Positions 1 to 13,690 of a stretch of DNA of 64,000 nucleotides are shown one piece after another. This stretch comes from Bugula neritina (lineage: Eukaryota > Animalia > Bryozoa). Within the stretch, counting starts at the first letter, position 1; each line of letters opens with the position of its first letter. The translations under genes and the position numbers were made by a program. The stretch covers positions 23,142,628-23,206,627 of the forward strand of contig OZ037767.1 of assembly GCA_964035545.1 (NCBI GenBank), read 5' to 3'. The notes beneath the pieces were generated by a model. That model had not been told where the DNA came from and ran no database searches. It saw nothing but the letters and a program-made list of their open reading frames with translations.

Positions 1-9
1 TATATATAG

Positions 10-157
10 GTCATCAAAAATAGTATATATGTCAGTGTATATAGTATATATGTCAATGTATATAGTATATATGTCAGTGTATATAGTAGTTATGAGGTGT
101 ATATAACATATAATATGTCAGTGTGTATATATGTCAATGCATATAGTATATATGTCA
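10..157. repeat. Minisatellite, ~21-bp unit (ATATAGTATATATGTCAGTGT), degenerate
   Basis: Unit visible several times from the window start, with substitutions. Confidence 0.8.
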
Positions 158-436
158 GATCAAATTCATTATAGCTTGCATGAGCTTAATGTCAATAAAG
201 CAAGTCAACTGGTGGACTTGTGCATCAGACAGGTAGAAGATATTGATTAAACTCAATATTACAATATAAAAGCAACAATAAATCATTAATATGACTCTAT
301 TGTATACAGAATACATGAGCGGAAGGCTGACTGTGATGCTTAGTTTACCGACTGTCAAGAAAGACTGTCAGTTGCGGTTTAGTATTGATTGGAGCATTTA
401 CTAAAAAATTTACCTTACTGTGGGCCTGAAGTCTAC

Positions 437-708
437 CATATTACACTGCAATACACTAGTAGGTTAATATATATTACACTACAATACACTAGTAGGTTGA
501 TATATATTACACTACAATACACTAGTAGGTTAATATTTATTGCACTACAATACACTAGTAGGTTAATATTTATTACACTACAATACACTAGTAGGTTAAT
601 ATTTATTACACTGTATATATACTAATATATTATACTGCCTGAAGTCTACCATAATATACCAGTAGGTTACTATACATTATACTATGTACTACTAGGTTAA
701 TATATACT
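437..708. repeat. Minisatellite, 33-bp unit (TATTACACTACAATACACTAGTAGGTTAATAT..)
   Basis: About 5 near-perfect copies plus degenerate flanks; generates the spurious ITLQYTSRLIY ORF at 389-625. Confidence 0.9.
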
Positions 709-1509
709 ATATATATATAACATAGTAACGCAGAAATTTGTAAACGTTCTTTTTATTTAAATAATAATAAATGCACTGGTAGGCTGATTGCATGTGAAAT
801 AATGTTTTTGTGATGAGATATAGGCTACTGCAATTTTCAAACTTTGTGAAAAAAGGGCTAAAGACCTCAGCTTTTCTTTTCTTCCCACAAATTTCTACAT
901 TATTTTCTAGATTAAAAGTTGAGAATTTTCTCAAGTTAAAAAGTGCTGCTGCCTGCTTTGCTGTCTCTGAATACAAATCCACTGACTCACAGAGTCTGTG
1001 GGAACTGCTGGTGCGGTTTGCTGTGTGTGGCAGCGTCTAGACTGAGATTCATCAGCTCTAACAGTCTTACTAACAATAGTGACATCTTCTGCTGCCAATC
1101 ACAGGCTATCTAGCTACCAATGTATTCAATGCCATTCTTCACTTTCCCTTTACATTTCTATATAAATCCTGTATCAGCTGAAAAAAGAAAGAACATTCTA
1201 GTAATTAGAAAACCAAGCACCTTTTTTAGACAGCATCAGCTTCTTGCTACTCTCTGACAGCATATTCTTACATAATATAAATTAATATTGTGTGTAACTG
1301 CAATTAAAAATTAGACTATTCATAGATCATTTTGTACAAAGAAGGTTATTTACTAGCTAAAATAATACACTGAAAATGTGTTGTAGTGTTATCAGATATT
1401 TCATATAACATTTTATAATATTAGCAGGTATAGTTTTTGCATTGAGTATATTATTAGTGCCGCCTTCAGTACTGAGCTCTGTATTATTTAGAGCACCAGT
1501 ATTCTGAAC

Positions 1510-3114
1510 ATGGATAGCCAACTTACACTGCATGTTGACAACTTGGCCATGTTCCTTGAGCCTAGCTTTACTAGGCACACAGTAGGTTACTACTCCATCA
1601 CCTCGGACAGCGTGTTCAAGGGAGACGATAGCGAGAAAGCTAGTCTGGTGGCTCTAAAAGAAGAAAAGAAGCCAACAGATGGCGTGTCACAGTATGAAGT
1701 ACCAGGATATATAGAACAGCTGAACCTAGATGATGGTGAGCAACTCTCTCATAGCATACAACCAGCTGTAAACTGAACACAGACAGTTCTTAGTTTACGT
1801 GGCTCTGTGCTCAGCTCAAAAAATTATATTTTATTAAGATGAGAGAATATTCCGGAAAGCAGATACTCAAATTTTCAATATTTTATTTTAACTTTTTCTG
1901 AAGCTCAACAGTATTGGTATAAAATATGATATAATATATAATATAATATAATATAGTATGATATAATATAATTATAAATAATGCAATATAATGTATGTAT
2001 ACTATATGTTTCAAACAGAATATGCAGAGCTTGTGCAAAGCTGTCCTTACATGAAAATGGTGTGTTCACAATTTCTAATATAAGTAATCAAACAAATGTG
2101 TTGAAAATTTAACTGCAGAGTTATTTTATAAGCCTGAAAAACCTGCATACAAAATATTGATCTTTACGAAGCCTAGTTTGCTGATTAGCCTGTACAAATA
2201 TGATGTTAGAGGGAAAGTGTATTTGCACACTTCTGAATATGATACCATTGAATTATATATAAATGTATAGTGAAAACATTGGTTTGAGCAAATCAATTTG
2301 ACATGAAGCATGTGTATGTGCAACAAATTAGAAAGTGCTTTCAAAGAGTTTTGTCCAATAAAATGAAAGCTCCGTAAGATGAACAGTTATCTGTGTGGGT
2401 ATTTTGGTTAAATAATTGTTGAAAAAATTACAGTTTAAGATCTGCAGTAGAGCCTTTTGGAGTCATCAGCTCCCATGTGTTGATCTATTACTAGCAATGA
2501 ACTTGATATGTTTTATTATAATTATAATAAATTTAGTGCAAGAAGCAGTTAAATTGGATTGAGGCTCACCATGTTGTCAACGAAAGCTCTTCTACAAAAT
2601 TACTAAGTCTGTACAACACTGCCAACTGCAAACAAATGAGCATGTTTATTACAAAAATAAAAATGTAGAGCACATTTTCCTAGAGGTTTGCACAAAATAA
2701 TTACAAATAGTATGTTAATTCTTATGACTATTAAATATAAAATACTTTTGAAAAGTAAAGTAGGTGATGCATAATGTAACTTGCCTCTAATGTCCTTACC
2801 GCACAATTTCAGATAGGTTTGTGAGATGTGTAAATATGTTAGATGTTTCCCTTCAACATTGGTTTGGGTAGGTTTTGAATCATACAATGATAAAAGTGAT
2901 GAACCAAGGCAAAAGGAGTTACTCAGATGGTTGAAGAAAAACCCCCAGGAGTGTCTGGATGTAGACGTGGTTTGCTCACAGAAAACGCTGAGCAAGATTT
3001 TTCAGGCTCCGTATACAGAAGCAACAGCTACTCCTTGGGAGGTCAAGGTGACCAGAGGACCTGATGGTATCTGTTACGTGGAAGAGGAGTAAGTGTCTAC
3101 TACAGCACAACTTA

Positions 3115-3200
<86 letters not shown>

Positions 3201-3316
3201 GCACGCGCGCACGCGCGCGCGCACGCGCGCACACACACCACATACACTCACACACCAAACACACATGTGCGCACACGAACACGCACACGAACACACACAC
3301 ATGCACGCACGCACAC

Positions 3317-3347
<31 letters not shown>

Positions 3348-4995
3348 TACATACACAAATACATAATAATATGTTGTTCAATACAGTATATCTTTACTAC
3401 TACATTGAAATTACAATTTCAGTGCAACATGGAGAGTGAAGTACAGGGAGATGAATAGCTACGCACAAAAGCAATATTTCCGCCAGAGAGCCTTTCAAAA
3501 GTAGGTTAAATGAATTTCTCTAACAATCAATAACATAATTCTACATTAACTTTCTTAGCTGGTGAGACCGCACAAAAAATAAATTGAAATATATAGTTAT
3601 ACGAAAATAAAATGGAATTAAAATAAATATATGAGTAATATATAACTAGAATATATCTGAAATAGAATTATAAGAGAGTAGGTAATAATATTGACAGGCT
3701 TAAGCATAATTATTATTAGTGATTTTTACTTGTCAAAAATATTGAGGCAATGAATAATTTTGAGACTTTGTACGTTGCTGATACCTTGTACATTGCAGAT
3801 GCCTTGTACATTACTGATACATTGTACATTGCTGATACATTGTACGTTGCTGATACCTTGTACGTTGCTGATACCTTGTACATTGCAGATGCCTTGTATA
3901 TTGCTGATACATTGTACATTGCTGATACATTGTACATTGCTGATACCTTGTCAACATTGTACTTGTTTTATAGTTACATGACTATCAAAAAAGGAGCCAA
4001 ACCGAAAAACATGCCGCCTATAAACCACAGCAGTGCATTCTTGAGAGTCAACAAACTGAATTTGGATTCAGGAGTTGTCATCTATCAAAGTGAGATTCAA
4101 TGCTTTGATATCAACTATAAAGCTATAGATCTTCGGGCAATTCCAGATGGTCAATTTGACATACCTGCTCCATCCACTAGGCTAAGGTTAGTTTCTACTC
4201 TAAGGAGTGATAAGTGTGCCTTTGCATTACCTAATACGTGTAGTTAAACTCGGCCTATACTATATCTACTGTTGCAGATGGTGGAGCGAAAGCCACTTGG
4301 CTGGAAATAATGCGATACTGTGTGGTTATTATGATAATGAGGAGGCTGAAACTACTATTCACAGGCTTCTGTCTTTTGATTTAAAGCACATGAAGCCAAG
4401 CAGAATCCACGACACGCCTTTTGATGAAGAGGTAGCCATCGGCTCTCTTTGCACATTCGTTCAGTTTGTCAAGGACATCACGGCAGATAACAGCATCAAC
4501 AGCTTCGTGCTTCGGTTTGAGCCCGGCAGCAAAAGAATGTGTGTCCTAGATCTGTCAGCAAGTCAAACCTTTTCAGTACCTCGTCTTGACACGCAGATTT
4601 CAGCGACAGATGAGACTTCTAGTGTGGAGGCTACACCAAGAGACCCGGGAGATCTGTCAGAGGAGGAGCCAACTCCGAATAAGTCAAATGGTTCACCCAA
4701 TGGAATGCCACGCTTGAGAAAAGTCAACAGACAAGATTCTACGGCCGTACCGGGGCTGAGGCGTAGAAACACCATGACAACAGAAATGGGGGAGGAGTTA
4801 GCTACCACCAAAGAAGCTCAGAACTTGGATAACGATGATGATAAGTATAAGAAAATGAGTGGAAGATATAGAGCTACGGAAGACATGGAAGATGTCAACT
4901 ACCAGCACTTAGCAATTATCTTCACATGTATTGCTGTTGTGTTCATAGGCATTCCTTGGATTGCGGACTTTTTTGGACATGGCACTTTGTATTAA
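1510..4995 (+). CDS. DXO/Rai1 (decapping exoribonuclease)-fold protein with degenerate active site and C-terminal hydrophobic helix; ~483 aa, 5 exons
   Basis: Phase-consistent GT-AG exons 1510-1735, 2872-3088, 3423-3500, 3974-4186, 4278-4995 (1452 nt). Segments follow DXO order: GYYSITSDSVFKGD, VVCSQKTLSKIFQAPY..W..V, YFRQRAFQNYM, INHSSAFLRV..L..GVVIYQSEIQCFD, IDLRA, LRWWSESHLAG..ILCGY. C-terminal LAIIFTCIAVVFIGIPWI is hydrophobic. Confidence 0.8.
3118..3364. repeat. Compound microsatellite: (CT)n followed by (CG)/(CA)/(CATACA) tracts
   Basis: Direct reading; lies in intron 2 of the DXO-like gene. Confidence 0.95.
3767..3963. repeat. Minisatellite, 18-bp unit (TTGTACATTGCTGATACA/C)
   Basis: About 11 copies abutting the acceptor AG at 3972-3973; source of the YIADTL ORFs. 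Confidence 0.9.
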
Positions 4996-7900
4996 AAATA
5001 TTCTTCATTGATTCAAAAGTTGTCTCTTCTTTATTCTTAAGAGTTATTTGACTTACTCAAGACTTGCATTGATTAAGAGAGTGACAGCTTTGGTAGTTTG
5101 CTAAAATAGCCTTTAATATCTAGATTACAGTTTTAAATTCATTGACAAAGTCCTGCAACTTTAACCATGTTAGTACTGCCATGTGGCTTAAGGAGTTTTA
5201 TTTAATATTTTTGAAAGACTTAATATATTAATATATAAAGTTTTCACTAGACTGTAGAGCTTGCACTAACTTCAAATGTATTTTAGTATTATTATATGAC
5301 ACGTTGCAGATTTGTCTAATTACAATGATGACCATGCCTAGTTTAGACTCTGCAACAAGTTTATAATTAATGAATTGAGAAAACAATATGATTTTCTTTA
5401 GTTACTTTTGCTTATATAACAGTATCTTGATATATAATATTATTTATATTAATACACATTCTGCAGTAAAATAATTGTGCAAATTTCTTTTTTATTTATT
5501 GAAATAAATTTTATTGATAAAGCAATTTATATACATAATTCACTATGGTTTTCTTTATTAAAAATTGGGGGAAATATCATAATCAAATAATGAACTTTTT
5601 GCTATGTAAATGCAAATACTCAACTGATATCAAACTGCACAGGAAATGTTTGAAATGTTTAAATTTGAGTATTTAAAGTGATTAATTCAAAAGTTCATGT
5701 AATAAAATAATAGAATAGACTGCCAGTGTAAATACATATAAATATTATTTAAATTACATTTAAAAGCTAATTTGTTTTAAGAAGCATTTTACTATTTGCC
5801 ATATATACTTTATATCAGAAGTTTGCATAAAAATTGGCATGATTTGCTACAGCTTAAAACAATATTCTTGCAGTTATGCCTTTTTTACTCTTGTTTTCTG
5901 TATTTTAAAGTCACAGTTAAAGATTCATTAATTACTCCATTTATGCTCCGTTATATCTCATGAAATCCTAATGAAGTAACAAAATAGTATAACTTTTACA
6001 TGCATAAATTATTACATTATCTGTCAGCAAATTAATTCAATATTTTTTATGTTTTTATACTTTGCTCAGCAAAGTTTTGAAAATAGAAAAATCTTCAAAA
6101 AGCTTTAAATTTCAACAGCATGCATCCAATTACCTAGACCCTAGGGCGTATTACACAGAGCATTAGAACATGCACTTGTTCGTGTTCTATTCATACAGTC
6201 ACTGAATGGAACAAAACATCCTTGGAAGTTAATGGAGAATATCAGTTTGCGATTGTCTGTTTAGATGAGCTGGTATCTTGCTTGCATTTAGCAGATCATC
6301 ATAAATCCTAATTTTCAAACCTTTGATGTTTCACAAATATTTTATCACTGTATTCACAGCTACTAACCGATTAGCCTTGCAAAGTCACAAATATTTTGAA
6401 TACCACTCAGCTTTGGTCAGTTGCTCATTTCAGTTACACAATTTAGCTAAAAATAAATATTGTTGTTTGATATACCAGCAAACTTGAAGAGCTACATGTG
6501 AGCACAGCTATGTCTTTCAGTTATACGGCTTTTTAATCAATTTTAGTGCAGATAAACATTTATTTCGGAACAAAACATAACCTGTGTGAGCTGTAAACCT
6601 GCCTAGGCTGTTTTACTGATCTAGCTGTATTTACACTAGTCAGTAGTCTAATTGAAAATAAAGCATTTCAAAATAATTTTAGTTAATTTCTATAAAAACT
6701 TTTTTGCAGTTGTATAATAATAACTACACTTTGATTTTGTACCATATTTTCTATTTATTTCACTTTTTCTCTTTCTAGTTTTCTAGCTATATTTTCTATT
6801 TGCATGTGCAAGTTTTTAACAAACATGCAAGCTTACAGTATCTCTATCACAATAAAACACGCTTATCTATAAAAAAGACTTATAGATTAATTTCTTCTAA
6901 AAGGCAAAAATACATGTATGTTTCTGTCAGCTGGATTATTGCTTAACTTGAACAAAGCAGCAATACGTTGGCATAACCTGTGAAATTACAAGTTGAAAAG
7001 CCATAATTTGAAGAGTGGTCATAGTTTGAGGCAAGTTATAGTTTGGAGAAATCATAGGTAAAGCAGAAATCATGTGTATATAAGAAAACATCACAACATG
7101 AAAGAATTCACAGTTTGAGAAGAAGATACAGTGTGGGAGTGTCATTTAGCTCAAATGTATTGCACAATTTTAATACCATTTTTCAGCTTTTCTCAAAAAT
7201 GATTGCTGCTACAAATATAAAATAAGTTATATGAAATTTAAACAGCTTTTATGATAAAGTAATTTTACTTTGTTTTGTCAAATATTTTTTTAAAACAACT
7301 AAAACAAATAACAAGTACTCATTGCATTTTGCTGTATACTTACATTTGTTAAGCAAATATTGGTAATTTAATATAGCAGTATTTATAATACAACCAGCTG
7401 TTTATTGTGCTTTTCATATTCGGTATAGGAGTATTTGACTTGGAACTCTTATGTAAAATCAACAACTGCAAGCTATTAGTATTGGTGTTGGGTATAGGTA
7501 TAAGCATAAGCTATAATAATTTTAATAAAAACACTTTACAGCAATTGCTGGGGAGAGTGCTTTCTATAAGTTGAGATTAGTTCATATACCCAGTAAACAA
7601 TATTTTATTAGTTGTAAAATATGCTGTAGCTACTGCAATTCTGAAAAATCATTTTTTGTTTTTATATTTCAAACAATTGTGTTGCATATTCAAACAGGTG
7701 AGTTTCAAAGTATTATTAGTTTCATACAAACTATCAATTCAGCAGGGCTATGGTTCTGCTTGGAATACTACAAGTCATCTGAAATCTGTTGATTGCAATA
7801 ATTTATCATTTCTCCATGTCTTTAAAAAGTTTAGGATTTACTATTTCTATGCAGCACAGTGTAGTGCATGCTAGAAAAACGTTATCAACCATGTATAAAA

Positions 7901-8692
7901 GTAAAGAATTTCAATGCTGGCATTATTAAGGTTGTATGATTTAACCTCACATATTACCCTTAAACCTCTCTCTATCATAGAAGTAACATTTCTGGTGTAC
8001 ATGACTTTATAATGTCAATTAGATTAATAGTATATCTCGAGCATTGTAATTATACATAAAAATCTTAAGTGGCAAAAGACCGTCATTTTTTGTAAAAATT
8101 ATACTTTTAACTTCTGAATGTCCACAAATGCTACTTCAATTCTGTATTGTATGTATTTTATACAGCAATATATTAGCTTCTATATGTAATGTTAAAAACT
8201 TTGATCTAAGCTAAACGACAAATTTGATTAATTCTAAACCTAATGAAAACTGAAAAGAGACATATTATTCTAATCCATTATTTGACAACATTCTGTAATA
8301 TCAAGTATTGTCATAGTACCACAAAATATATGACAAACTATTAAATTGAAATAAATTCCACTTGTATATTTATAGTTGTAGGCAGTTGTGAGCTGCTGAT
8401 AAACTGCCTCAATAGATTCTGTAGCGAATCAGTGACATTCCCATTTGTTGATATTAAAAGTGGGAGGAGATTTCTTAGTGCTACTTTACTGGTCGGACGA
8501 AATCTTAAGTTTTTAGCAAACCATAACACACGGTTGCTTTTTTAAGAGCTGGTTCAAAAATTTGCTGGTTGAAAGTTGCAAGGAATGTACCACAGTGTAA
8601 GCACATACATGGACACAGCACTATAACACACACTTCTCGGCATCTTTGGATTTCTGTGAGATAGATATATTGTTTATTATAAATATAAGAAA

Positions 8693-11600
8693 ATGAGTGA
8701 TATGGTCACATTTCAGGAAGATAGCGAAGAAGATTTGATAGATGTAGAGGATCTTGATAGGGATGAGAAGACAACTTTTAGTATAGCAGGTAGTACATCT
8801 AGGGTAAAAATTCCAGGTTTTTAAAGGTTTTGAAGAATCAGTATCGATCAGATGTACGCTAACAGAGCTGATGCTGTGATCTATCTCCTGAGGATTATAT
8901 TGTATGTTATTATAGCACACAGCTCAAACTGCAAAATATAACTCCAGTATACATATTTTGTATTTTAGACAATGCGCCACAAAATTATAAATATATCCTC
9001 AAATATTAGCTAAATTAATTATTTAGTTTTTTTTCAATTATGTAATATATTACATAGTCATTTAACTATTTGTAAACTTGAAAGCTAAATAGGGTAATAT
9101 ATTTTCTGGTTGAAAAAGATGCTGTTGAAACAAAACTTGACCAGTTGCCATGCATTTTTACCTCACATTTACACTATGAGCTGGGCTTATTTTACGCAAA
9201 GGCTGATGTATCAGTTGCAGAGAGACAGAGAGCCTTTCAATTCACAGTATCTGGTGACTCTGCATTCACTAAGATGGATGAAGTTGTGCAATCTACAACT
9301 AATGTAAGCATAGCAGCATATTTGGTAGTTCACATATTCTTACTACTCTCCTTGTTTAAAAAATATATTCTGTTGAATGCATGCAGTTCATAATATATTC
9401 TAATAAGATATACACTTTTTTTCACATTATCATTTTATATGTGCTTTTTATTTTTATAGTGTACTTTCTCTAAATTGTCATCTGTTACATAGTTTTGCCT
9501 TACAAAAATGACATGTTATTTATATTATTACTCACTGAAATAATATGTTTTAGATAATTTTTTGAACATTTTTTGTCTTAACACTTATGTTTTGGTATAT
9601 ATTTAGAAGATATAATGTAATTGATATGTGAAAACCTTTAAATTGCCATTGCATTACACATTGAAATTATAATAAGAATATTTACAAAGCAAGCTCAAAA
9701 TAAACTTACAAGTTATATCAATGCAGTTTTTTCCACAAAAACTGTTAATCTTAAAAATATAGTGACAAAAGTAAGTTTTAGAACAAATAAAAATACTAGA
9801 TGCAGACCACTTTCAAAATTAATTTAAAACATCTGCATATATTTTCTGCACAGATTTGTATAGGCTGCCTCTATATTCTTGTACTTTCATAGCTTGCATG
9901 CTGATGTTAAAACAAAATATAACATATAAACTTATATTTTGATTGTAAACATTTTATATGTGAAATATTTTGTTTAAAACATAACTTTCTTTTATTGTGG
10001 CAAAAATAATATAGAACTGAAAATTTGATTCTTTTCAAGAAAGCATATGCAAATGGAGAGAGTACAGCGACTGAAGCTGCAGAAAGTCTTGTGACTTCTG
10101 ACTACTCAACAGAAAGGAAACTGGGAGAAGTTAAGACTGCAGAGAACATCTCTTACCTTTATCAGCTGCAACTCCTGGCCCAGCAACGAGAGATTGAAAG
10201 ATTGGCCACTGCCAATAAGATGGCAGGAATGTTTTTATCTGGACCTTTATCAGCAGGTACAACCCAAGTATAATATATCGGGTACACCTCTGGTACAACT
10301 TGGGTACATCTTAGGTAAAACTCAGGTACACCTCAAGTGCACTGCAGAGTGCAGGTAAAAATTAGGTACACTTCAGGTGCACCTCAGGTACAACTAATGT
10401 ACAACTCAGCTACACCACAAGTACACTCCAGGTGAACCTCAGTACACCTGGAGTCAGCATCAAGAGATTGCTGTCAATTTTCCTTAATGTGAGATTAATC
10501 TGAACAAGCAACAGCAAGGTTTATTTGTTTATTCATTATGCTGCCAAAGACCCAGCAATATTGCTGATTTGATTGATTCTATATATTTATCTATGAATTA
10601 GTCAGACTCTTTATGATAGGAGGATTTTTAACTATTATTTGCTTATTTGTATTTCAAACTTGGTTTGACTTCGTTTTGAAGCTGCCATTGTTATATGCAA
10701 ACATAGTAGGCTAACTTAATAACAATTATGTTTTGCAGCGGGATTTACTGGATACCCACCGTTACCATTGCTACCAACACTGCAAACTCCACTACCAACT
10801 TCGTTACCTCCATTTCCCCAAGTTTGTGGACTTCCTTTGCCTGCTTATCTAAGAGGTAGATCCAACCTCCTGATGGCCTCGCATAGACCTTCTGAAGCAT
10901 GTCTTGACTTTTCAAATAGACATTCTTCAAGCTGCATTAAAGCTGCACCACTAAAGAGATATCGGTGTGAGGAGTGTGGGAAGGCATTTAGTAGGAGTAA
11001 TACCCTGATCACACACCAGGTACTGTGATAACAACCTTCTTGTCAAGAACGCAGAGCCTTAAGCTTTATCAACCTTGTCATGTGCCAAGTGTTGGAGCAA
11101 ATCTTAGAATGCATCAAGTCAGCTGGTCATTATATGGCAAATGTGTACTCAATTTCAGATGTTCAACTTGCAGCAAGTCATGTTTAATCAGCAAAGAAGC
11201 TGTTCAATCTAACTAGATATTCGATTTGTTGATATTTCATGAGATTTTTTTCAAGGACAAATTTTTTAATTTAGTTTGTTGATTTATCAGTCACTAATCT
11301 GTGCTCATTTTAAAGAGCAAAACATGTTAGATGTATGTTCACTTTAAAAAATATCACTTTGTCAAAACAAATAGGCCTACTCTTATAAATGTTATGACCC
11401 AGAAAAAGCAGATCTGCAATTGCTCCTCATTGCTTTAGTATCTTTTATTGTAGCGAATTCACAGCGGAGAGAAACCGTTCAAGTGCAATTCTTGTGGCCG
11501 AGCGTTTCGTCAGCCTGGAAATCTCACCAGACATCAACTAACCCACACGGCAGCAAAGCCATACGCCTGCGTCACCTGTGGCAAGGCTTTCAACAGGTCT

Positions 11601-11792
11601 TCCAATCTACACACACATATGAGAACTCATGAGAACAGAGTGGCATCCTGCCACTTGTGCTTTCTGTGTGGCAAGTCCTTCACCTTTAGCTCAGAGCTAA
11701 ACCTACATCTTTACTCCCATGTGGGGGTCTCCAGTACGTCATCGCTATCTAGAGTTCAAAACGTTGAGCAACTGAAGATGGCAAACCTTTGA
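8693..11792 (+). CDS. C2H2 zinc-finger transcription factor (4 fingers; Fez/Gfi-like), ~338 aa
   Basis: Exons 8693-8789, 9221-9303, 10040-10256, 10739-11019, 11454-11792 are phase-consistent (1017 nt). Fingers: [77 protein letters not shown] and CFLCGKSFTFSSELNLHLYSH. The two 5' exons are less certain than the finger exons. Confidence 0.8.
10252..10450. repeat. Degenerate ~11-bp minisatellite (CAGGTACACCT/CAGGTACAACT)
   Basis: Starts at the donor CAG|GTACAA (10256/10257) of the zinc-finger gene. Confidence 0.75.
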
Positions 11793-13461
11793 CAATAATA
11801 TATATCTAATGTTCAGCATTTGGGAAAAGACTTTTACTGTCACTTAGAAAATTTATTTGTCATTAGTAGTATAAGTGTGTTACCTTATTGTATGTTTTCA
11901 AATTATTTAATTTGTTAGTACAATTGAATATTTTCACATAAAATAATCAAGTCATGCCGTTTGTTTACTGTTCATTTTAGGAGGTTTATCATTCAGTATC
12001 CAACATTATTTTATGTTGACATATCAGTCTGCTCATTTGGAGTTAATTTAATACTGTTTCTAATAAAGATTTTAAACAAGTGTTGTTTAATTTAATGTTG
12101 CAGCGAGGTGCACATAGTGTTATATCCAATAAAATGATCCTATATGGAAAACGAAAATAGTTTTCCACATTGCATGTTGAAAACTGGAATGTATATATTT
12201 CTCTTGTTAAAAAGAGCTGATTCAGGAATTCACAGCAATTTTTTTCTCTAAGTACTATTTCAAATGGTCAATACTTGTTTTTAGTTGAACAGATGTAGAA
12301 GACAACCAACTGTAAATCATGTGTGAATTTCTCTGCCAATGTTTTACCACAATATTGTAAACAAACAATAAGTTAAAATATTAGTTTGTGCTATTAAAAA
12401 TACACATTTCACATTTACACAGTCATCCCATTCTTTAAAGAATAACTAATTGAAAAGCAAAATTATTTACAGTTTAATTGGGTTTAAATAACTTGCAAAT
12501 TATGTCACTTACAAGACTGATTAGTTATGAAATTTTAAAATTATTCAATTCTTGTTGTTGAAGCTTGTTATCAATAAAATTGAAAAATTAAAATGTCATA
12601 TATTATATTTACAAACTTATTGACAAATATATAAATATTTTGTTGATTGTGAGCATGGCTAGAAAAGCACATATTAATGATTATTATTGTAAGCATTATC
12701 AGCTAACACACATGTTAGTGTTTTCACTAGCATCAAAATGTGAATCAGAACTAGCAATTTGTAATATTATTTTTAAACTCTAATATTTATGTATGCTGTT
12801 CAGTTCTGTTTAAATAGTTATCAATGAAAACAATAGTTTAAGCACACATTCAAATAGTCTTTATATATTATGCTCCTAACTTTAAATGACATTGCTGTCC
12901 CATATACAATATTGTATTATCCATCTGCTACATAACATAATAACATAATATATAATATGAGTAGCATAATAATGTATTTCACTGCTTTACAAACACATTT
13001 CTCATGATGAAGAATTAAGCGTAATTTTATTTATAATTAATAATAATTTAACAAGATTTCAGTGGCACACCAAGTATTAAATTAGCTCTTGGATATTAAC
13101 AGCCTATTAGATTGCTACCACCTTTTGCAACTCAATCGTGTTCCTTGTAATTTAATAAAACAATTAGGCATTACAGTATTAAAGTTAGGCTGCTTGTATT
13201 TGTTTGTAGTGCAGTACTTATTGAAATATTAAGGTAGTCTCATTATAATTCTTCAAATCTATAACTGGTTAATTTGTTGGCAGAGAAAGCTGATTATATT
13301 CCTCCTAATGCAATGAAATAATTAAAGCAGCCTGTATTCAACTGCTAGATCTTCCAGTAAATAGTTGGCAGCAAGTGCTGGCATGGAACTTATTCAACAC
13401 CACGGAACACATTTCGGTTTTCATCCTTCTATAGTATTATATATAAAGAGTGCATAAAATT

Positions 13462-13690
13462 CACTATACCACTTTCTCTCGATGGGTGTATTATACCACC
13501 ATCTTGAGGAGTGTACTATATCACTTGCTTGAGGGGTGAATTTGTTTTATATACCACTTTCTTGAGGTGTTTTATATACCACTTTCTTGAGGTGTTTTAT
13601 ATACCACTTTCTTGAGGTGTATTATGCCACTTTCTTAGGGGTGTAATATGCCTTTCTCTTGAGGTGGTATAATTCACTCTTTTCTCTTGA
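13462..13690. repeat. Degenerate minisatellite, ~23-25-bp unit (TATACCACTTTCTTGAGGTGTT)
   Basis: Several near-perfect central copies with diverged flanks; intergenic. Confidence 0.8.

Noticed and set aside
155-1270. Minus-strand gene upstream of the DXO-like gene
   Set aside because: Some splice-like sites exist, but the joins I tried hit stops and no motif was recognisable.
2976-3458. ERERE/SLSLS/VCVC/THTH ORFs (also 34254-34822 and 51920-52199)
   Set aside because: Translations of micro- and minisatellites.
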